64,000 bases of DNA from Candidatus Thermosaccharophagus gerlachensis (GTDB taxonomy: Bacteria > Armatimonadota > Fervidibacteria > Fervidibacterales > Thermosaccharophagaceae): the NCBI GenBank assembly GCA_041538025.1, contig JBGOEV010000009.1, positions 93 to 64,092 on the forward strand, given 5' to 3'. The position numbers and the translations under genes were made by a program. Shown here piece after piece: positions 18,835 through 26,727 of this stretch; positions within the stretch are counted from its first letter, which is position 1; the number at the start of each line of letters is the position of its first letter. Below the pieces are notes generated by a model that searched no databases, had not been told where the DNA came from, and saw only the letters and a list, made by a program, of their open reading frames with translations.

Positions 18835-19521
18835 TCATCCAAACGCCTCTTTATGCCACATCCTGATCATCTCAAGCCATTCGCCCATGCCTTCCCCTGT
18901 AAAAGCTGAAAGGGCAATGATGCGTATGTTTGGGTTGAGCGACCTTGCGTAATCCACGACCAAACCAACATCAAAGTTTAGATGCTTTAGCAAGTCAACC
19001 TTTGTCACGATGACAGCATCAGATGTGCGAAACGCATGTGGATACTTGAGCACCTTATCTTCGCCTTCCGGAACAGATAACAATGTAACTCTGAAGTGCT
19101 CGCCAAGGTTGAACTCAGCTGGGCATATCAAGTTCCCAACATTTTCAATGAAGACAACATCCAGCTCATCAATAGGGAGTTGATTAAGGGCTTGTTCAAT
19201 CATCGCTGCTTCAAGATGACACTCGCTTCCTGTAACTATCTGCACAGCAGGTATGTTGCATCCTTTCAAGCGCTCGTAATCCCTTTGAGTTGCAACATCA
19301 CCAACTATTACCCCGATACGCATTTCTTCGCCGAGCGCTTTTGCGGTAGCCTCAAGCAACGTTGTCTTACCAGAGCCGGGTGATGAAATCATGTTGATGA
19401 GCAATGTCTTGGTCTTGCTTGCGTGTTCGCTGATGCGTTTTGCTATTAGCTCATTAGCATGCAACAAGTTTTCAAGCATCAAAACTTGCTTGCGCTGTTT
19501 GTTCTGTTGGTTCATTCTCAT
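18835..19521 (-). CDS. hypB: Hydrogenase nickel-incorporation GTPase HypB
   Basis: SSPGSGKTTLLE P-loop, ENVGNLICPAEF, TKVDLL. No His-rich N-terminal tract. Confidence 0.9.
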   Translation of the reverse strand: MRMNQQNKQRKQVLMLENLLHANELIAKRISEHASKTKTLLINMISSPGSGKTTLLEATAKALGEEMRIGVIVGDVATQRDYERLKGCNIPAVQIVTGSECHLEAAMIEQALNQLPIDELDVVFIENVGNLICPAEFNLGEHFRVTLLSVPEGEDKVLKYPHAFRTSDAVIVTKVDLLKHLNFDVGLVVDYARSLNPNIRIIALSAFTGEGMGEWLEMIRMWHKEAFG

Positions 19522-19870
19522 TTTTCATCACTTCCATTTCAACGCGCTCAATGATAAGCTTATCGCCCGATATAACTCTTCCTCCTATGCTACCACAAGA
19601 TGGGCATCTGGAAAATAGGTCTTTGCCTTCAAACTCGGTGTTGCACTTCCAACAGGAGAACATGATAGGTTCAAGCTCTATTTCAAGCGTTGCATTTTCA
19701 GCGAGCGAACCGATCTTGGCTACTTCAAACGCTTCTGTCATGAACTCAGGCACAACTGCTGTAGCCATGCCAACACGCAGTTTTATGTAAACCACTGAAG
19801 TTGCACCGATCTCCTTAGCCTTTTGTTCTACAGCTTCAATAAGGCTTAAAGCGAGGCTAAACTCATGCAT
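19472..19870 (-). CDS. hypA: Hydrogenase nickel-insertion protein HypA
   Basis: MHEFSLALSLIEAVEQKA... starts with the conserved MHE. Zinc site CWKCNTEF...CPSCGS. Start placed at the internal Met (track start 19897). The 3' end overlaps hypB. Confidence 0.88.
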   Translation of the reverse strand: MHEFSLALSLIEAVEQKAKEIGATSVVYIKLRVGMATAVVPEFMTEAFEVAKIGSLAENATLEIELEPIMFSCWKCNTEFEGKDLFSRCPSCGSIGGRVISGDKLIIERVEMEVMKNENEPTEQTAQASFDA

Positions 19871-19973
19871 CCTTTTAACACAACTCCCATTGCCCATGAT
19901 TGCTCATTGTAAGAGCATCTCAGCATTTAGTTATGCATCACTTTTGCCATGTGGGGAAGCTTTGTGGGTTACA

Positions 19974-22900
19974 TCACTTCGTAGAGGCATGCTGTTGAGG
20001 CTGTGTCAACGCTACATCATCAATGTTAAACGATGTTCCAAAGTGATTCCCACCTATTCCAGCGAACAAGTATTGGTCTGGACTGAAGTTGGCAAAACCA
20101 ATCTCGCTAACAATTAGCGAATCACTTCTCCCAAATTTGGCTGCAAGCGCTTCGGCGAGATTAAATTCTGCAATATGCCACTTCCCGTCTGGGATCACGC
20201 CTTCTATTTTGCCCAGAAGCATTGGATGACCTTGCCCAATTGCATTTCCAGAGAAGTTGATATAAAATGTCCGCCCGAATGAGCGCACAAACATATCCAC
20301 TTTAACATCCGGTTGCAATCGGTAAGCAAACCTCAGTATCGGTGCCTTCGATGCATCAAACTCGGCTTTAAGCAAAGTTATTTCAAACCTGCCACCAGTA
20401 GTGGCATTAACGACTTTCAAACTCCGTTTGCCACTAACTGCGGTTGTTGTATCAAGTATAACCATGACTTGGTTGTCTTCGTCCAACCTAACTTCAGGTT
20501 TCAGTAACTGGCTTTCAAAGTCGAATTTAACTGGCAGCTGCAACTGCTCATGCTTTGTAGCTCCTGAGATAAGTTTCTCAGATGCCCTCGCAGCCCTTAT
20601 AATAGGTTGCATAACTTCGCTGATAGGCTTTGAAGGTGCCTCACGCTCATACCATATGCGAACCCTTCCTATGTTTATTCCTTTGTTGACCGTCCATATA
20701 GCTACATGCCCACTATCAATCGGGTTATCATCTTCTGCCTCAAGTATAAGTGCATCATCAACGAACATACGCAGCTTCTTCCCACACTTCTCAACCCTCA
20801 AATACCACCAATAGCGATGGTAGTGCTGCATTGATTTTGTTAGCTTGCCAAGTTCATCGGAGCGTTCTGCAATCACTTTTGCGCCTTTCAGAATACGAGA
20901 GCATGTATTGTTCCATCCAGCGAAGACGAAACTGTATCCGCTATCCAAGTTAAGTCCGTCGGTGCAGATGCTGATGTTAAGGTCACCCGGGTAGTTGTAA
21001 CCCTCACCGTGCATCCTTATACTCATATACGCTTCAACTACAATATCGCCACCAAATGAGCGCTTGCTCATAAGGATTGGCGAACGCGAATCTTTACCGC
21101 CGAAGAAAGACCATTCTGGACTACATGTCCAACGCTCTGTAACTTCCCATGCACCTCTTACAGCCCACCACTCAATTGGCGCATTTGCGAAGGTGCAATC
21201 AACCATATGATCCGAAGCCACTTTCACCATATCAAAATCTATGCTTCCCCTTATTGGGATGATCCCGACTTTTGTTCCGCTCAATGGTGTCTTATCAGCA
21301 AAAGAAAACAAAGGCTTACCATCATAGCTTGCAAAGACGAGGTTGCCATCACAGTGCAACTCAACATTTATCGGCGCCTCGCGCTCTTTAGGGATGTCTC
21401 GCTTCGCAATGCTTTTATCAGCTTTGAAGAGCTCAATGAGGATAGAATTCTCCCTCTCACCATCAACAACGAGCCTATAACCACCGTTTTGGTCTTTTCC
21501 ATCCCCTCTCAACACGAGTGCTATGGTATCCCTAAAATTCTTCTCGGATGGCAGGGTATACCTCACGAATGATGCCCCATAAAAGTTGCCACGATGCCAG
21601 TATGCACTACCAACTTGCTGCCATGCTCCAACTGATGTAGCCCACTGAACCATTGTGGATTCACGGGTGAACTGAGCTGCTATGCTGGGGATGATAAGAC
21701 GCCTGAGAGAACCGAACCGCACAAAAACACTTTTGAAAATGACCTCCCCGCTACCTTCATGGTAAAGAGCTACTTTGCCAGATGTGTGAGTTGTATCAAA
21801 AGCTTTAAGCAACTCGTTTTCATTGAGGCTAACACGAATCAATCCATCACATGTGTCTACAGTGAGCTTTAAAAGCTGTGTCTTTGGTAACTCAAATGAT
21901 GCTTCAGCAAGCACTGTTGCAATCCCGTTTGCGATTCGGACAATTTGGCATTTACCTTCATAACTCACCTTTACCCGAGGTGGCGCACAACGCACGAGGT
22001 ATGTGTTTGAAGGGTCCTTGAAGTAAACACCAACACCAACGGCAGCCCCTTTAGTGGTGAAGAAGATACTTGTAGTGTAATCTTTCCAAGCGCTTGACCC
22101 AGTAGCAATCCAACGAGGTTTTGAAGGATCTTTCCTTCCGTCTATCTTAAGCGAGTTAGAGCTAATATACCAGTTTCCACTTATTGTCTCCCAGCGCCCA
22201 AGAAGTGGTTCATCAAATGTCTCAGAGAATTGCCCCCAACTCTCAACACACACATCATCAAACTGCGCTACCATTTTGCCGTCGGCATATAAGCCAACCT
22301 TTCCTATCCCGAAGAAATCACAGCGTGCGCTCAAAGTCTGTGTGCCGTCAATGAAAGCAGTTATGCGGTCATCGCACACACGAACTTCAATCTGATACCA
22401 TTGCATTGGCACAAAACCGCCATCTCTCTCTGCAAGCACGTTTGTGCGTCCATCTTCAACAGCAATGATTTGCTGTTTACCGTTTTCAAAAGCACTACCC
22501 CATCTGAAGAGCAGGTAGTTTGTCCCATCTCTCGCATAAACAACCAAGCCAACCGAACCACTTTCTGACCTTGGGCGCACAGCTGCTTTAAAGGAGTAAT
22601 CATCCCAAAACCAATACCCAGCTAACGCAAGGGCATTACTTGTTGATATAGCCTGCATGCTGAACGGGTTAGCACTTAGGCGTGGATTAAATTTTGAGCT
22701 ATCAGCGCCAACTGGAATCCAAGTCCCATATACCCTTTCCCAGTGCTGCACATCCTCAGAACCACGCAGAAAATCATCGGCAAACAATATAGCCTCAGTT
22801 GGTTGATACCTCGCTTCAACCACCTTAACAGCACCACTTGCTGAGTAAGCTGCCGTGCCCGAGGTAAACTCATCGTCGTAGCGGACGAATATGAGCCTCT

Positions 22901-23279
22901 TGTTGTGAATGACCTTTATCTTGCCATACCAGTATCTGACGATAAGCTCGTTTTGGTGCTCGCTACCGACCTCTAATTTGGAGTAGCTAACGCCAAGCAC
23001 TTGAAGAGCTTTACCTTTATGCTTGACTAAGCTTATGTGACATCTTTTGCGAGATGCATCAGCATGCAGGTTGAGCTCATAACCCTTGGCGTTTACCTTG
23101 TGAAACGAGACGCTCAACCTCCCTTGTGCTGTCACTGCAAGTTGATACTTAATGGCGATAGCGAACTCGCGCTCACATTCGCTTTCAAGCACTTCTCCCC
23201 ACGCAAGTTTAGTGACAGCTATTACACATATCAGAGCAAAAACACATACGTGCACCTTTTGCTGGCTCATCTCTTTCAC
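19974..23279 (-). CDS. Large secreted protein with about four concanavalin-A-like (LamG/DUF1080-like) repeats and a distinct C-terminal domain
   Basis: Signal peptide MSQQKVHVCVFALICVIAVTKLAWG. Recurrent module starts are HWERVYGTWIPV, RWETISGNWYIS, QWATSVGAWQQV and EWWAVRGAWEVT, each followed by about 170 aa with G.G...... Y......W pattern. It is paralogous to the 32955 and 34264 gene products. Confidence 0.7.
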   Translation of the reverse strand: MKEMSQQKVHVCVFALICVIAVTKLAWGEVLESECEREFAIAIKYQLAVTAQGRLSVSFHKVNAKGYELNLHADASRKRCHISLVKHKGKALQVLGVSYSKLEVGSEHQNELIVRYWYGKIKVIHNKRLIFVRYDDEFTSGTAAYSASGAVKVVEARYQPTEAILFADDFLRGSEDVQHWERVYGTWIPVGADSSKFNPRLSANPFSMQAISTSNALALAGYWFWDDYSFKAAVRPRSESGSVGLVVYARDGTNYLLFRWGSAFENGKQQIIAVEDGRTNVLAERDGGFVPMQWYQIEVRVCDDRITAFIDGTQTLSARCDFFGIGKVGLYADGKMVAQFDDVCVESWGQFSETFDEPLLGRWETISGNWYISSNSLKIDGRKDPSKPRWIATGSSAWKDYTTSIFFTTKGAAVGVGVYFKDPSNTYLVRCAPPRVKVSYEGKCQIVRIANGIATVLAEASFELPKTQLLKLTVDTCDGLIRVSLNENELLKAFDTTHTSGKVALYHEGSGEVIFKSVFVRFGSLRRLIIPSIAAQFTRESTMVQWATSVGAWQQVGSAYWHRGNFYGASFVRYTLPSEKNFRDTIALVLRGDGKDQNGGYRLVVDGERENSILIELFKADKSIAKRDIPKEREAPINVELHCDGNLVFASYDGKPLFSFADKTPLSGTKVGIIPIRGSIDFDMVKVASDHMVDCTFANAPIEWWAVRGAWEVTERWTCSPEWSFFGGKDSRSPILMSKRSFGGDIVVEAYMSIRMHGEGYNYPGDLNISICTDGLNLDSGYSFVFAGWNNTCSRILKGAKVIAERSDELGKLTKSMQHYHRYWWYLRVEKCGKKLRMFVDDALILEAEDDNPIDSGHVAIWTVNKGINIGRVRIWYEREAPSKPISEVMQPIIRAARASEKLISGATKHEQLQLPVKFDFESQLLKPEVRLDEDNQVMVILDTTTAVSGKRSLKVVNATTGGRFEITLLKAEFDASKAPILRFAYRLQPDVKVDMFVRSFGRTFYINFSGNAIGQGHPMLLGKIEGVIPDGKWHIAEFNLAEALAAKFGRSDSLIVSEIGFANFSPDQYLFAGIGGNHFGTSFNIDDVALTQPQQHASTK

Positions 23280-23334
23280 CTTTCCATAGACGAATGCTGT
23301 TATTATTGTATGCCAACGCGTCGTTCAGTTAAAA

Positions 23335-23363
23335 TTAGACGAGGGAATGACTAAGTAGGTTGC
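23335..23363 (-). promoter_or_regulatory. ECF-type promoter candidate GCAAC-N17-CGTCTAA upstream of the 1101-aa LamG-repeat gene
   Basis: Minus-strand reading: aaGCAACctacttagtcattccctCGTCTAAtttt. The -35 and -10 elements are identical to the candidate promoter of the ECF sigma gene (49931-49957). It lies about 55 nt upstream of the start codon at 23279. Confidence 0.45.
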
Positions 23364-23432
23364 TTTTATTTGCGCCGATGTGAAGAGCCTAATGTTACAC
23401 CTTCAATGCTGAGCATTCACGGAAGGTGGAGT

Positions 23433-23864
23433 ATGAGTATGCGCATCTTGGGAGTTGACTACGGCACAAAAAGAATCGGTATAGCTATCACAGATGAGCA
23501 CGGGATTATCGCTCAACCGTTTATGAGCATAAGGAACGACGGCGATGAAAGAGCTGCAAGGAAAATTGCAGAGATAGCACATGCTCATAAGGTCTCATTG
23601 ATAGTTGTTGGCATACCAAGGCGCACAGATGGAAAGAAGGGTGTGATGGAAGAGCGCTCAATTTCTTTCGCGTCCCTTTTGGGCGAGTTAAGTGGATTGC
23701 GTGTTGAGCTGTTTGATGAACGCTTCACAACCGCAATAGCAGAGAGACTCCTCCTTGAAGCCGACTTATCAAGACAGAAGCGAAAACGGCTTCGGGACAA
23801 GGTTGCAGCTGCGATAATGCTTCAAAGCTACATTCAAAGTTTAAGGGAAACAAATGAACGCTAA
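23433..23864 (+). CDS. ruvX: Putative pre-16S rRNA nuclease / Holliday-junction-resolvase-like YqgF
   Basis: [28 protein letters not shown]...[12 protein letters not shown]...DERFTT. Start moved to the internal Met (track start 23370). Confidence 0.85.
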   Translation: MSMRILGVDYGTKRIGIAITDEHGIIAQPFMSIRNDGDERAARKIAEIAHAHKVSLIVVGIPRRTDGKKGVMEERSISFASLLGELSGLRVELFDERFTTAIAERLLLEADLSRQKRKRLRDKVAAAIMLQSYIQSLRETNER

Positions 23865-25552
23865 CAAGAGTCCTCTACAGCAAGCACAGCTCCTTTGCTT
23901 GCGCTTGTTACCAATCTGCTGTATCTTTCGAGCCATCCACCTTTTATCTTTGGCTTTGGTGGTTTCCATTCCTTACGCCTTCGCTCAAGCTCCTCTTGCG
24001 TGAGAAGCACATCAATCCTTCGTTGTCTAAGGTCAATTTGTATAATGTCTCCGTCTCTTAAGAGCGCAATTGGACCACCAACAGCAGCCTCTGGCGATAT
24101 ATGCCCAACACAAATGCCTCTTGTCCCACCAGAAAACCGCCCATCCGTTATCAAAGCCACCTCTTTACCCAAGCCCATCCCGACTATAGCTGATGTGGGA
24201 GCTAACATTTCAACCATCCCCGGTCCACCCTTTGGACCTTCATACCTTATCACGACGACATCGCCTTTTTTCACCTTCCCAGACTTTATCCCGTTAACCG
24301 CTTCTTCCTGTGATTCAAACACTACGGCTTTGCCCTTAAACTCCCTGATGGAAGGGTCAACAGCGCCTGTCTTTATTACAGCTCCCTCTGGAGCTAAGTT
24401 CCCAAAGAGCACATGCAATCCGCCATGTGGAAGATATGCATCTTCTATCAGGCGTATGACATTGCGGTCTTTAACTGAAGCACCCTTTATGTTTTCACCG
24501 AGTGTTTTTCCTGTCACTGTGATTGCATCAAGGTGTAAAAGACCATCTATTTTGCTTAGCTCACTCAGCACAGCACTTACACCACCAGCCCTGTCCAAAT
24601 CTTCCATGTGCAGATTTGATGCTGGTGAAAGGCTACATATGTATGGTGTTCTGTCCGCTATCTCGTTAATCCTCTCAAGCGGGTAATGTATATTCGCTTC
24701 ATTGGCTATAGCAAGCAAGTGCAAAACCGTGTTAGTTGAACCTCCCATGGATAGGTCAAGCGCAAAAGCATTATCAATCGCTTCAACAGTGACTATATCT
24801 CTCGGACAAAGGTTGAGTTGGATGAGCTTCATAATTTGTCTTCCAGCTTGCCTTGCCAGTTCTTTTCTTCTCTCATCGGTAGCCAATATTGTTCCGTTGC
24901 CCGGTAACGCTAATCCCAATGCCTCAGCTATACAGCACATTGAATTTGCGGTGAACAAACCTGCACATGAACCGCAAGACGGACACGCCCTCATTTCAAG
25001 CTCACGAAGCTCTTCTTCACCTATAAGCCCAGAATAAAATGCCCCGACACCTTCAAACACCGAGATGAGATCAATCGGCTTACCTTGCTTTGACACACCA
25101 GCTGGCATTGGACCTCCACTTATGAAAATCGCTGGGATGTTCAAGCGCACCATCGCCATGAGCATTGCAGGCACTATTTTATCGCAACTGCCTATGCAGA
25201 CAAGCCCATCAAGCCTATGTGCTTCAACCATCGTTTCAATTGAGTCAGCGATGAGTTCACGCGATGGAAGCGAATAATGCATCCCGATGTGTCCCATAGC
25301 TATACCATCATCAACAGCGATTGTGCCAAACTCAAACGGAACACCACCAGCTTCCCTTATGCCTTCCTTAACCGCTTCAGCTATCTCTCGTAGGTGAACA
25401 TGCCCCGGAACAATATCCGTGTATGAGTTAACTACGCCGATGAATGGTTTTTCGAAGTCTTCATCTTTTAGTCCGCAAGCCCGTAGTAAGCTCCTATGTG
25501 GTGCCCTATCAATCCCTACCTTCACTTCATCTGAGCGAAACCTGCGTTCCAT
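23861..25552 (-). CDS. ilvD: Dihydroxy-acid dehydratase
   Basis: [12 protein letters not shown]...[16 protein letters not shown]...DGIAMGH.GM.YSLPSRE...[11 protein letters not shown]...[16 protein letters not shown]...[12 protein letters not shown]. Confidence 0.93.
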   Translation of the reverse strand: MERRFRSDEVKVGIDRAPHRSLLRACGLKDEDFEKPFIGVVNSYTDIVPGHVHLREIAEAVKEGIREAGGVPFEFGTIAVDDGIAMGHIGMHYSLPSRELIADSIETMVEAHRLDGLVCIGSCDKIVPAMLMAMVRLNIPAIFISGGPMPAGVSKQGKPIDLISVFEGVGAFYSGLIGEEELRELEMRACPSCGSCAGLFTANSMCCIAEALGLALPGNGTILATDERRKELARQAGRQIMKLIQLNLCPRDIVTVEAIDNAFALDLSMGGSTNTVLHLLAIANEANIHYPLERINEIADRTPYICSLSPASNLHMEDLDRAGGVSAVLSELSKIDGLLHLDAITVTGKTLGENIKGASVKDRNVIRLIEDAYLPHGGLHVLFGNLAPEGAVIKTGAVDPSIREFKGKAVVFESQEEAVNGIKSGKVKKGDVVVIRYEGPKGGPGMVEMLAPTSAIVGMGLGKEVALITDGRFSGGTRGICVGHISPEAAVGGPIALLRDGDIIQIDLRQRRIDVLLTQEELERRRKEWKPPKPKIKGGWLERYSRLVTSASKGAVLAVEDSC

Positions 25553-25582
25553 ATACTTCGCCTCCCATTGAGATTGATATAC

Positions 25583-26620
25583 TCAATCAACACTTTGCAT
25601 GTGCTTGTAATGCACATCTGGTTGAGACTGCAGCTCCATAGCTTTTTCCTCCGGGGAAGTGTCACTCAAGAAGACACCACCACCTATCTCCGGACCAGCA
25701 AGGTATTTGCGCAAGTTCGGTGCACGAAGCGGTGGATAAATTTCAACATGGAAATCATAGGCATCATAATCTCCACCATCAGTTGGTCTATTGTGCAGAA
25801 CAAGCACATACGGGAAAGGCATTCGCCAAAGGTTATCATACTTGATGAGCACCTTCCTAAGCACCTTAGCCAAGTCAGCGCATTCGCCCTCGCTCAATTC
25901 AGCGATGTCCCTCCTATGCTCTTTCGGAGCCACCATTACCTCATAAGCATACCGCGCAAAATAAGGAACAAAAGCAACCATCAATTCACCCTCTACTATA
26001 ACTCTCCTGCCATCAAGGAGCTCGGAGATGACGATGTCATGCATAAGCCTTCTCCCCGTGTTTTCGTAATACGCTTGGCATGCTTCAATTTCTCTTTCAA
26101 TCAGTTTACAGATGAAACTCAGAGCGTAGATTTGGCAATGCGGGTGCGGATTGCTCACTCCGACAACTTCTCCACGATTCTCAAAGATAAACACATATGC
26201 AACATTTGGATCAACAGCAAGCTCAGTAAATTCTTTGCGCCATGCCATCACAACCTTTTTCACGCCTTCCTCGTCCATCAGTGAGAGCGACATGTTATGC
26301 TTTGGGTGATAGCATAAGACTTTCGCAATGCCGATTGCAGGTCTGTTGTGATATATCCCGACAGGTTTAACCAGTTCACGAGGCGCATCTAATGAAACAC
26401 ATGGGAAATCGTTTTTGAATGAGAAGGTGTCTTCATAATTTGGATTACGCTCCCCACTCGCTCTCAAATTCCCGGGACAAAGGTAGCATGTTGGGTCATA
26501 CTCCGGTAGTTCATAGATGCTCTCCGATATAACTTCACCAACCCAAGGGCGATGTTGCCTGTGAGCAGCTATGATAACCCATTCACGATATAGCGGATGC
26601 CATCGTAACTCCCAAACCAT
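25583..26620 (-). CDS. galT: Galactose-1-phosphate uridylyltransferase
   Basis: ELRWHPLYREWVIIAAHRQHRPW...CYLCPGN...FENRGEVVGVSNPHPHCQIYA is the HxHxQ active site. Start placed at the internal Met (track start 26677). Confidence 0.88.
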   Translation of the reverse strand: MVWELRWHPLYREWVIIAAHRQHRPWVGEVISESIYELPEYDPTCYLCPGNLRASGERNPNYEDTFSFKNDFPCVSLDAPRELVKPVGIYHNRPAIGIAKVLCYHPKHNMSLSLMDEEGVKKVVMAWRKEFTELAVDPNVAYVFIFENRGEVVGVSNPHPHCQIYALSFICKLIEREIEACQAYYENTGRRLMHDIVISELLDGRRVIVEGELMVAFVPYFARYAYEVMVAPKEHRRDIAELSEGECADLAKVLRKVLIKYDNLWRMPFPYVLVLHNRPTDGGDYDAYDFHVEIYPPLRAPNLRKYLAGPEIGGGVFLSDTSPEEKAMELQSQPDVHYKHMQSVD

Positions 26621-26727
26621 GCTTCCCACTAACCTGAACAAAACCATCTTGTGCCGTTTTAGCAAAAATTGGAGCAAGTATTAAACCCATCCTTGTCAGT
26701 GCAACGCTTTCGTGTCCTTTTGCAGCT

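Noticed and set aside
19472-19521. A 50-nt overlap between the hypA 3' end and the hypB 5' end, suggesting a frameshift or fusion.
   Set aside because: HypA is complete through its second CxxC. If hypB starts at its second in-frame Met (19479) the overlap is only 8 nt. Short overlaps are common in hyp operons, so no recoding needs to be invoked.
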